A stretch of DNA of 64,000 nucleotides from Haplodiscus bocki (lineage: Eukaryota): contig OZ296651.1 of NCBI GenBank assembly GCA_965655095.1, positions 40,858,001 to 40,922,000 of the forward strand, given 5' to 3'. Below are positions 38,995-49,551 of this stretch, in pieces. Both the position numbers and the translations under genes were made by a program. How positions within the stretch are numbered: position 1 is the stretch's first letter; every line of letters starts with the position of its first letter. The notes beneath the pieces are model-generated. The model searched no databases. It was not told where the DNA came from and saw nothing but the letters and a program-made list of their open reading frames with translations.

Positions 38995-39973
38995 TCTGTA
39001 TTTAAAGCTCGTGTTGCCAAGTGGAACCATGAAATTCAACAAGTATGATGAAAAATTATCAGGTAATTGAATTTCTCTCTACAAAAGGAAAATGTCTTCG
39101 TGATATCATGAATTGGTAATGCACAAGTTGTAAAAGGTTAACAATTGCACTTTTCGTGCTGCCTCTATGGTACAGAAGCTGCAACGGTAAGACCAGGGTG
39201 GTTCGTTTGAATTTCTGCATAACGATAAGTGTACGAAAAAAGGGTCGGGTTTTTTACCCATATGACAACACTATTTTGCTGACATTGATGACCCATAGGG
39301 ACAACACTGTTCTGGCGGATTTTGGAATGTCCAATGAAAAGTTAGAAAGAAAGTGAGGATTAAAATGTTGAAAAATTGATTAGTCATTGGATAGGGCTTA
39401 AGAAGAAACGGTCGCGTTGTTTCCCTATGAGCCTATTCTGGTTGGAGAAACTGTCCTGCAAGAGCGGTAAGCTGTGCGCAGCCCTCTGTCGTGGCGGATT
39501 CTGGATTTTCCTCCGAAAACTTAAAATAGCTTGACCAATTTGCACTTGAAAAAAGGTGTGACAGTACCTAACCATATGTAGAAAAATTGGTCGTGTTTCC
39601 TGAAACTTCCCTATTAAGTAGTGCTTTCACGCTAATTTAGAGCTGAGAAGCATGGGAAGGATCCCATTGTGGTGGATTTTTGATTTTCTTCCAAAACGGT
39701 GGAAAAAGAATGCAAGAAAATGTTTTCGGTTTTTTTCCTCTAATTTTTTTTGAAACGAAAAAGTCAGTAAATGTTGATGTACCCCAAGGCAGATCCAGTG
39801 AAAATGAAAACGCAGTGAAAACACAGAACTCGTAGAAAGCATGTTCTGCGAGGAAATTGACTGCTTCATATTAAGAAAATAAATTGTAGCAATGCTTCAA
39901 TTTTGTTGTAGGCGAAATGGAATAAAGAATTATCTAAAGGGTGAGTAGTTTGTGCTCTGAGCCTCATTCACGC

Positions 39974-40397
39974 TCAGCGATTGTGCCAGGCCAGGGACTG
40001 CGTGGCAAAAAGATTTACATGAATGAGCCAATCAACCAGCGAAATTTGACTGGATGTTTCTGCGTTCCGGGTTGCGCAAGCTGCTAATTCATTCCATGCG
40101 GGGGAGTTCGGGAAGATGGGATCCTGCCAATACAGCAAGTGGCCATAATTCCATCGTCGAAATGTGAGAATGATTGAAAGGTAACCTAAGGCACCATTAA
40201 TACTTTTCAGTTCAACACGGCCAAACACATCACAGATATAAAACTCATGAGAATAGAGCCAATGAAGGTCATACATAGCTATTAAGTCTGAAAATCGTTG
40301 AATGTGATTCACATACGGCCAATGTAATGCCAAAATTAGGGATATCAAAGCATCAATCAAGACTATCGAAAAAGGATGTTTTGACAGTGTTGCGAAG
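39974..40397 (-). CDS. Retroelement accessory ORF B (~140 aa, unknown family; paralog of ORF A)
   Basis: Open frame directly after a polypyrimidine-AG; aligns nearly gap-free with ORF A. Confidence 0.6.
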
Positions 40398-40566
40398 CTA
40401 TAAAAGGGAAAAAATTCTTGAGAAACTGAGAAAAAATCACTGAAAAAATACTATGTGAGAAACTTGTGTTGATCATTTAATAAAGATAATAGAAATTTAG
40501 AACCTAGGTTACGTATATACAGTCCGGAGCAGATTGAAGCACGAAACGAAATGTCAAATGCCAAAA

Positions 40567-40929
40567 TTACAGATGGTTACGTGACTGCTGTGCCATCCAA
40601 TCCAATAAACCGTCGGCGATACTGTTTGGATGAGCATGGTGTGAAGCTGCCGCCATTAGTAGGTTCCATTCGGATGACTGAGGGCAGATTTTGACATCCT
40701 CATGAATGATGGCGAGGTGCGCCCAGAAACGAATTGTAAATTTGATCGTCGAAGTCCCATAATCAGTGTTCACAGATCAGACCCATGGCTTGGCGAGAAC
40801 AGCACATGCACGTGTTGGGAGGTCGATCTTCCAGAACAAGCGGTTCATTTGCGTAAAGTTTCTGGTGAAATTATGTTCGGGGTGAGGTTCCAACAAAAGA
40901 ACTTGAAACTGGAGAATATGAATTTCAAA
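40567..40929 (-). pseudogene. Retroelement accessory ORF A (~120 aa, one internal stop at 40777-40779)
   Basis: MNRLFWKIDLPTRACAVLAKPWV*SVNTDYG...WNLLMAAA...LLDW aligns with ORF B MYDLHWLYSHEFYICDVFGRVELKSINGALG...WNELAACA...LVDW. Confidence 0.6.
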
Positions 40930-40994
40930 CTAAAAGTGAAAGCTTGGAATCGCTGAATATGGTGGTAGCACTTGATATATCAGCCTGAATAGGA

Positions 40995-41267
40995 TTGAGG
41001 GCGCAGACAAGACAAGTACCAGTAGCCTTTAAAGGACCCGAAAAAACAGGTTTCGTCTTTGTCGCTGTTCCAGGTCGGTTAGCCATGGTCGAAAGCGCCC
41101 GAAGTATGCATTATCAGCATATGGACTTGCTGATTGAATCAATGCTCTCCATTGGAGAGAGAGTGGTTCCATTTCCATTATCTCATGTGTTAATATATTA
41201 TGCTGATAACGCTGAGTATGCAAAATCAATCCTGGAGGCTGGAAGAAGGCTCGATCGTTATGCTTGA
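40995..41267 (+). CDS. Possible antisense accessory ORF (90 aa), unknown
   Basis: Open frame with protein-like composition between pol and ORF A; first codon is not ATG; no family recognised. Confidence 0.3.
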   Translation: MRAQTRQVPVAFKGPEKTGFVFVAVPGRLAMVESARSMHYQHMDLLIESMLSIGERVVPFPLSHVLIYYADNAEYAKSILEAGRRLDRYA

Positions 41268-41547
41268 TTGTAAGGCCATCGAAAATCTCACACGTTAAAA
41301 CGCGATGAATATATGTCCAATAGAGGTTATTCATGTTTGAGGCTAACTTTTAGAATTGTTTAAATGGAAATGTGCAAAAAGTTACGATTTGAGTAACAGC
41401 TGATAAAAAATCGTGTACTTTTGCGCCAGGTTCAGAGTTCAGTAAGATTAAATATTGAGCTAAGTTAGAGTTGATAAAAGTAATTGCTAATAAGTTAAGG
41501 TATCGCGTTAGGTATGTAGAGTCGTGAATTTCGGTCAGTTTCAAATT

Positions 41548-42189
41548 TCAATAGGCGGTAAACTCTGAATACGTCATTCGGGGAAAAGCTCTCAGCTCGG
41601 TGTCGCCGTCAACTTTAGGAGGCGTTTGCAGCATTCCTTCGAGTGCGGGTTTTCGTGCTGTAGCCATGTTGAATACGTTCTTACGTGTTTCTTTGTCATT
41701 CGAGAACTCTTCCGCGAGAAGAGCGTTCTCAAAGTTAGAATTCCACTTAACTTTCTGCAAAAAGATGTTGAACCGAATATCAGTATTGGCAAACGATCGG
41801 AAAATTATATTCAAAACTCGTGTCCATTCCAATTTATCAAGTCCACATCCAATTTGTGGTAAAATGATTTCTCTCATGTTGTCAATCAACATATGACTTT
41901 TCCTGCGACAGAGACTTCATTGTAGGTTATAATGAGTCGGTTTGTCGTTACATTTGTTTTTCGTGACGAATTTATCAACCCAATTTCCATTTTTTCGCGA
42001 AAAATGTGCAATTAAAGACCCGGCTTTTAAATTTTTATGCAAGTTGCGCAGTTCGTGCATTTCCGGAACTAATCGTACGAATTGTGGTGCAATTCCAGCT
42101 GACATTACCGAATCAGATGAAACACAGTGTCCAAAACTTGCGTTTTGGTCGCGAAATAAGTCTCCCTCTATGATTCGAACATCCAACAC
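41548..42189 (-). pseudogene. TARG1/OARD1-like macrodomain (ADP-ribose glycohydrolase) at the 3' end of pol
   Basis: Single frame with one stop (41917-41919): IIEGDLF..FGHCVSSD..MSAGIA..F...FVTK....KPTHYNLQ*SL...KSH...LPQIGCGLDKLEW, a motif-for-motif match to TARG1. Confidence 0.9.
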
Positions 42190-45100
42190 TTCCGACCGAA
42201 TGGTCGCACATATTCAATTGCAATCTGGCTGAATAAATATCGTCTGACGGAGGAGGTTTTCCTCGGTTAGAACGTTCAGGATAGCGTTTTTTCAAAATGG
42301 ATTTTTCCGGCGTTTTATTCACTGCTGGAACAGATATACCAGGCACTGAAATTTGCCTGGTTTTTGCTGTACTCACTAATACTTTTCGTTTTGCTTCTTT
42401 AGATAAAGGTGACTATAAGTCTTGTCGGTTCAAAAAGTCACAGCAGCGACCTTCGGTAAGTGCTTTTCTTGTGGGAATCTCCACATGAAGTGGTCATATT
42501 TGTCGAATCTAAGTCTCTGCCGCTGCGGAGTTTTTGTCAGTGAACTACTAGGAAGAATAGGCATATGCGATGGTCTTAGCGTCATCTCCTGACAAGTAGG
42601 ACTTTCGGTCGGCAGCGTAGCCCGGTCGTGATGTTCCGTAGTAATGTTTCGCTCGGTCATCGTAAAAAGCTGCGAGCTTGTGGTGTGTACCTGGATCGGG
42701 TCGGTTCGTGAATTAGGTTCAGGGAAGGTTTCGTCGTCCGATCGCGCGGTCTTCGCTGATCCAGGTACGGGTGGTGGTGGGAACGGGGGCACCGTGTCTG
42801 TCCCTCTAGTAAGTGCTGCTGGCTCTGCGGCTCCAGCAGGTGCTCGCTGCTCTGTCGTTGCTGGCATCATTACACCACGTATCGTAAGTTTCACTTCGAC
42901 TTTTCGGTTAATTTCACTCTCTGGAATGTCTGACATCTCGATGATGTCCTCATGTAGCTAGTTTTGAAGCGTTTCATCGAAAATTTCATGTTCAGAACGG
43001 TATTTTCACAAAGAAGTGTCAGGTTTGAAGTCTTGTTGCGTTACACTAAGGTCTTCGACCTAATAATTAGGAGTTATCAGCCGTAATCGTATCCGAATCA
43101 CACATTGCGTGTACGGTATACCGATTTTTCCAACCAAATAATTGGGTTTTGTCAGAACCTTTTCAATTTTATATAGTGAAAGCCATACAGTTGAGGATTT
43201 AGCAGAAAAATCGCTTTGTGTCAATAACAAGGTGTTCAGTAGTAAACAAAACTGTTTTTGTACTAGTGATTTGGCTGCTGCTTTCTTGTCATAGTAGGTT
43301 CGATATTTGTGGTAAGCATGTAATGAGGGAAATTTAGTGTGCGAAAACTTTTCAAGTAACGAATCCTAAATATCAACTAATTAATCTGAGGTAAGTTCTT
43401 TTTGAGCTAGTGTATGACTTCGGAATCTCAAATCAATTGGTTTAGTAGGCTCACGTCCATGAAATAATGAACTAGGCGTGCATCCAATGGATGAATGATA
43501 CGAAGTGTTATATATCAATGTTGCTAGGTGAACATATTTATACCACGTTGTACATTTCTCATCAGTATTGAGTTTCAAAATTCTCTTCAGGGCAGAGTGA
43601 GATCTTTCAACTACTCCTAGTGTTCGCGGATGCTTCAAGGAAGCATGTTGCAGTTTAATTTTGAACAAGTCAGTCACTTCAAGCAGCAATTTTGCAACAA
43701 AACTTGTTCCTAAAAACGACAACACAGTTGTAGGAATATAACTATGTTGAAAGAAAATTGAAACTAGTGCCTTTGCTATAGTTCCAGCATGTGCAGATGT
43801 TAAGGGGAGTGCAAATAAGTGTTTGGAAAAAACATCTATGCCTGAAAGCTCGTATTTGTAGAGAGGTGACTGAAACGGTCCAACTAAATCAGTTTAAATC
43901 ATGTCACCTGGGAATAATTGTTCCGAGGATATGGGTTGCAAAGGTGGATTTAACTGTCTTTTGGAAACTCTTCAGTGTTGAGCATGACAGGCAGTTTGTG
44001 TTGTAATCAGTGAGGAACTCTGTAAATCCGGGAAAAAAGAATCTCTGTCGAAACTCTTTTGCTGTCCGAACTATTCCAAGATAACCTGCTGTTGGTGAGT
44101 TATGTATTCTATAAATTACTTCTTGCCTAAGGTGCTTCGGAACTCAAATTTGGTAATGTGAAACTTTTCCAACGTAATCAAAAAATTGACGTACCAAAAT
44201 GCCTATTTGTATTTGCAGGCGCGTTAAATGTTTATAGTATTTTTTCAACTCGAGCGATGCATATGTCAGATCATCGTTGCATCCCTGTCTAATCCATGTT
44301 AATACTTTTCATAAAACCGGATCTTTTTTTCTTCAGCTTCAAAGTCTAATGCTTTCGCATTAGAATTGGATACTTCAAAATAGTTCATCGAACCTTTTCC
44401 TTGAATTGAATTAATTTCAGCTGCTCTTTTTATAGCATACAGTTCGGGTTCTTGATCATCTGATGCCGATTTCAAAATTTCGTTCAGATTTGGAATCAAA
44501 TTCTGTAACGCATCATTAGATTGAATTTTTTCAATCAAGTCTTCAAGACAAGTAGGCTTTACATCAACTTCTTGAACTGATTCTATTGGAGGCATTGATG
44601 CATCAGGTGTTTTGGCTCTCATGTCAATTTCAATTTGTTTCATAGGAATTCAATCTACTAATTGCAGTTCTAGAATTTCATTAGGATCTGTTTGCATCCT
44701 TGATAAAGTCTGCTGAAGCATTTGAGTTTCCTGGAATGTGCGCTAAGACTATATTATACGCTATGACTCGGTCCATGAAGTTCCAAATGTGACGGATGGA
44801 GTGATTTTGATTGGAGAAAACTCGTTAGGCTTTTTCTGTCTGTCAAAACTATTACAGATTTTTCTGCACCCCAAATGTGTGAAAAAGGTTCGAGAGCAAA
44901 ATACAATGCCAGAAGCTCTTCACAGTACGTTGACATTTTCAAATGACCCTTATTGAATAATTGTGAACCGAAGGACACTGGCGCATAAGCTTGTTTTTTC
45001 TTTCCATCCTTCTCTACTAGGTAATCTTCTATCAATAAAACATATCCGCTACTGTACTAACTATCGTCATATAGAATTACGTATGTTTGTCCTGGTTTTG

Positions 45101-47290
45101 CTAATCGTAGGGTTGTTTTTTTTGCTTTTAACAAATCTTTTTTTTATCGTGTCGAAACTTTTCAAGTGATCATCTTGTAATTCAAATTCGGCATTTTTCC
45201 GTAACAATTTGTACCATCGCATCACTTTTTGTGCCAAGTTTGGTAAAAACTGAACGAGAAAAGAGAACCAATCCTACCAATCGTTTTACTTGTCGAACTG
45301 TTGATGGGAGTTTCAATATTTTCAGAAATTTTTCAATCTTGTCTGTTTCCGGTTTTAGTCCTTTAGGTGTTATTGTGTTGCCAAGAAAGTTTATTGAGGT
45401 CAATCCAAATTCGCATTTATGGGGCGTTAATCGTAGTCCTGATTTTCTGAAACAGTCAAATAATTGCCTAAGTGTTGGAATCATTTGTTCAAATGTCTCT
45501 ACGCCACATCCGATATCATCCATAAATTGTGTGCACAAATTAGTTGCAAGGCATGAGTCAAGATAAGATCTGACAAATGAGTTAAATCCTGTCACTGATT
45601 TGCTTAATCCTTGTGCTAATCTCGTGTGGGCGTATGTTCTAGAAGAAAAATTTATTGTGATAAAAGAGTTGGACTGACGAGGGGTCAGGCATTTGTACAC
45701 AATGATAAGCTTGTGAGCGATCAAGCTTTGTGAATAATGTTTTCCCCGCGGAGTGATGAACAGTATCCGTCATATTCGATATCGGAGATTTTATCGCTGT
45801 AATCATTCCTAAGTAGGTGGTTCACACGTCTCAAACCGATCAAAATTCTCAATCTCCCTGATGGCTTTCTTTGGGCGAATATTGGGCTACTATATTTAGA
45901 GTTCGGTAAAAGTGTGACTATGCCATAATATTGCATTAGGGCTAATTGACTAAATTTTCATCTCTCAAAGGAACTGGAGTTCGCGGACTTTGAAAAGATA
46001 CTGGTAAATCATGTTCCGGTGTCATCTTTACCTTCAATTCAGTATAATAACCAACATCAAAACGATGTTTTGCGAAAATGTCATGATATTCAATCCGAAG
46101 ATTTTGCATTTCAGAAAACTGATCTGCAGTTAATGATGATTTCGACCCATCAAACTGTTTCAGGAATGTTTCTTTGTCTTTTTCATTGGCTTGAGGGTTC
46201 AATGAATCACGTTGTTGTAATTCAGAAAATTTGTCAAAGATTTTCCTCTGCAGTGGAGGTAGATTTTCAGGATTTAGACATGTTTCCGGTGTAGGAAAAC
46301 AAATTTTGTCATAATCAGGCGGTGGATGTTTTAGTTGTCGAATTCCTCTGTTATTTCTCACACGCAAAAGTTGATTTATCTGATTCAAAATTTCACCGTT
46401 TTTCATTTTGTCAAAAGATAGTAATTCTGGTCCTATTTGTATCAACTTTTGTTCCTCTTGCGGGGAAAATTGGAAAACTGCTACCTGTTTGTTTTTTGGG
46501 AAGGTTATGGAGTGGTCATTTAGATTATCTGCTAATATTGACACTAGATTATCTTTCCCGTTACAACTGACGAAGATAATTTCAACTCTGTATTGTTCTC
46601 GAATTCGTCTAGTGGAACTATCATTCCTGTGTGTCCCTCTAGATCTTTTCAAACGTCTATTTTTGTATAGAGAATTTCTTGATTTTGGGGCATGATAACT
46701 GTTTTTTGATACGTCAAAACTGGATATCGACTTTTGAGAATTTTTCGTCTCCCTTCCTTGGGAAATTTTATCTCATTCAGTTGATGAGTCATGTCTGGCT
46801 GTTTTAAAAGGTTTTCTCCAGGACTAATTTCAATTTTATATTTTTTGAAAAAGGGGTTGCCAAGAACAACGCTGTTCATTGAAGGAAGTATGAGAAAACT
46901 ATCTTGGAAATTGTGGTCATTAACTTCGAATTTAACATCCACTTGAGCCAAAACTTTTACTGTGCGCCCAGATGCTACTTTTACATTCAAAAATGAGGCT
47001 TGTTGCTATTTGGAAATTGAATTAGGGGACACTTCCTGTATTTTTTTCTGTAAAATTCCACTGGGATTGCGTTTGCGCATGCCCCTGTGTCGATTAAGGC
47101 TCTTCTGCGTATTTTATTCTCAAAATTTAATGGAATATACTTTAGGTTTTCTCCTTTAAGCGGAATAACTCCATTAATTTCACTAGTATAGGTAAAAGTA
47201 CTTTCTGAGTGCGTCATTTCTTTGGAAGCTTCCAAAAGATTGTCTGTTGTGTGCAAAATAAATTTAAGTTTTGTATCTGGACTGGCTGAC
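42190..47290 (-). pseudogene. pol: pol: protease, dUTPase-like insert, RT, RNase H, integrase, Pro/Thr-rich linker (multiple frameshifts and stops)
   Basis: ALIDTGA (46987..47256); YSSPIFAQRKPSGRLRIL; RLAQGL..QFMDD (45182..45724); RNase H EELLALYFAL..VIVLTD (44754..45035); integrase DLVGP...GVVERSH (~43900-43381). Confidence 0.93.
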
Positions 47291-47303
47291 TTGTGTGGCT
47301 TTA

Positions 47304-48558
47304 CTAGTTTTTTGGTTGTGAGTTGAACGGTATTTGTCCACCTCTTGAGTTGTTTTTTCCTCTAGCTTCACAATTTCTGGATGTATGGTTTGGATAACCA
47401 CAAGTATAGCAAACCTTTCGTGAAGACTCAGTAGTTTCAATATTTCCTCCGGAATTTCCAGTATTTATGGTTGTTTCGTTATTTTGATATCCTTGCTGCT
47501 GGAAGTTGCTATTATTGAAGTTATTGCTGTAGTTATTCGATAAATTTCCACTATTATAGCATCTAAAGCCATTTCTCCCTCGATAGTTTCCTCGATTGAA
47601 ATTATGCAATATCTGCCGCGATTTAGGTTGTTTTGATAGTTATTTCATCCTTGATTTCGATTGTTCTGATACTCTCTGTTATAATGGTATCCTTGATTAT
47701 TTGGACGTCCTCTATTTTGGTAGGTTCGGCCTCTGAAATTTCCTTGCCAAGTTTGTTGTTGGTTGTCATAGTTAGTGTTTGATGAATTTGTTGCGGTGAG
47801 TTAAATTTTTGCGTCAAGGTATCAATTTTGTTTTCAAGAGAATTCTGATTTTCAGACATTTTTGTGAGGACCGTGAGGAACTTTTCCGAACTTTCAGAAC
47901 TCATCTCATTAAATCCATCTCTTGACCAATCGTCAACTGGACATAATTCTCTAAGAATCAGTTTTTGTCTTGCTTTTTGGCATAATTATTGAATTGTTGC
48001 ATCTTCTGGTTGCTCCAGAAGTTTCAGTCTTATAAAGTTTGGCATTGCTTTTTTGAAGAGACAAATTATATGTCTTTCTCGTTCCATTTGTGAAAAATTT
48101 CGTCTGTTTTGATTTTCTCGTGTCTCTATCAAATCTGTCCTGGTCATTTTGTACGGCTCCATCTGCTGGTGCTACTGATATATCAAACGGTATTGGATAA
48201 GCGTTCAGAGCTAACTTTTGAAGCTTAACCAAGAATTCTTCAGGTGATTCTGTTTTATGATTAAATTTCATATTTTCTAAGTTGATATGATGTATTTCTT
48301 TCAAATTTGGATTGCAGAACTGATTTTTCAACGCTATTATTGTCAATTCTAAGACTGCTCTCGTATTTTGGTCTAATGTGTGGACAAATTGTAATACTGA
48401 GTCTTTTAAGTGTAGTTTCAAAAATATTACTAGTTATGTATCAGCAATTCCTGTTACTTCAACTATACTACGGAATAGAGATTCAAAATCTGTCCAGTTC
48501 TCTATTGAGCTCCCTCCATATTTTGGAAGGCTGTCGATTGAGTTGCTGGTGCGGCCAT
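47304..48558 (-). pseudogene. gag: gag with CCHC zinc knuckle, disrupted
   Basis: ATG at 48558; ESPEEFLVKLQKLA capsid-like motif; Asn/Gly/Arg-rich region; CYTCGYPNHTSRNC knuckle. Confidence 0.9.
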
Positions 48559-49048
48559 TTTTCGCGAACTACCGAATTTTTCAAAAAAATTGAAAGTTTA
48601 AGAATTATGGACTTATTTAAGCGGATCGGATAATTACAGACAATTAATGGCGAATTTAATCACTTTGAAAAAAAGTGAAAATTTAGGCTGTACTACCTCA
48701 AAATCAATTTACTATTCCGACGCTCTGAGTTAAAATGATGATTTCAATTGAAATGGTGATATCAAACAGTTTGAAAACAATCGGAGCGCTGTTATCAATA
48801 TTACTGCTTCTGGAACTCTCTAGGAAGAAAGAATCTGAAACTTACAGTCAGAGCAAAATGGTTTTCAGCTTCGTCTTTTGTCTTTTAACTCCAGTTGGGT
48901 TTGGGTGTCGTTCATGCTTCCAACAGAAGTAGAGTTCCCGATGTTATGCTTTTGGCAAGATCGTTCTGTTTCTTCTGTTTTAAACCAATCGTCCAGATTT
49001 CTTCAAGTCTGATGGTTGTGGATGATCACAGTGTAGCTCGTCGTGGCA

Positions 49049-49062
49049 CACTCCTGTCACCA
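49049..49062 (-). other. Primer-binding site, probably tRNA-Leu
   Basis: TGGTGACAGGAGTG, 2 nt after the 5' LTR; its complement CACTCCTGTCACCA resembles animal tRNA-Leu 3' ends. Confidence 0.8.
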
Positions 49063-49064
49063 TC

Positions 49065-49551
49065 TGATATCCTACCCCGTCTATTCGTATTTAGTGTTTC
49101 CTTTAAGCCTGAGCGGGCATTTAGTATTACAAAGTTTTTCAGGTAGCAGGTGTTCTACTTTGGATTCGGAGTTCCGCGGTTAGACTTGCTACAAGTGATC
49201 TCGTCTTCAACTCTTGAAGCTATAGAAGAATTGGTCAGTTTTCAGATTTATTATGTCAACGTTACTCTGCTAGGTCGCAGCTTGTGTATCAAAAATTTTT
49301 TGTTCTCCGGTTAATGATAAGAGACAATATTAATCTTTGGGTATTTCCATCATTTGACATATTTATCTAAATTGAGCGCCTTTCTGACTCTAAGATAAGT
49401 TCTGATGTTTAAAGTTCACTGGAAGAATGTGGCGTCATTCAATGATTGAAGGGTGGTTAAGTGATTCGGGGTAAAGAGTTCTGAGTTTAAATGGGCGTTC
49501 TTCTCATTTGAACTTTGCTTTAGCATTCCTATCTTGACATGGAATGTAACA
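49065..49551 (-). repeat. 5' LTR (487 bp)
   Basis: Direct repeat of 33771-34259; followed on the minus strand by the PBS. Confidence 0.95.

Larger units (their letters stand above)
33771..49551 (-). mobile_element. Full-length env-bearing Ty3/Gypsy LTR retroelement (endogenous retrovirus-like, 15.8 kb) with accessory genes; ORFs disrupted
   Basis: Two ~488-bp TG..CA LTRs, PBS, PPT, gag with CCHC knuckle, PR-RT-RH-IN order, env with furin site and TM helix. No clean target-site duplication. Confidence 0.95.

Noticed and set aside
39100-39900. Further accessory ORFs in the retroelement (two QNPP-containing, partly Cys-rich minus-strand pieces)
   Set aside because: Short and broken; the similarity is too limited to call without other copies.
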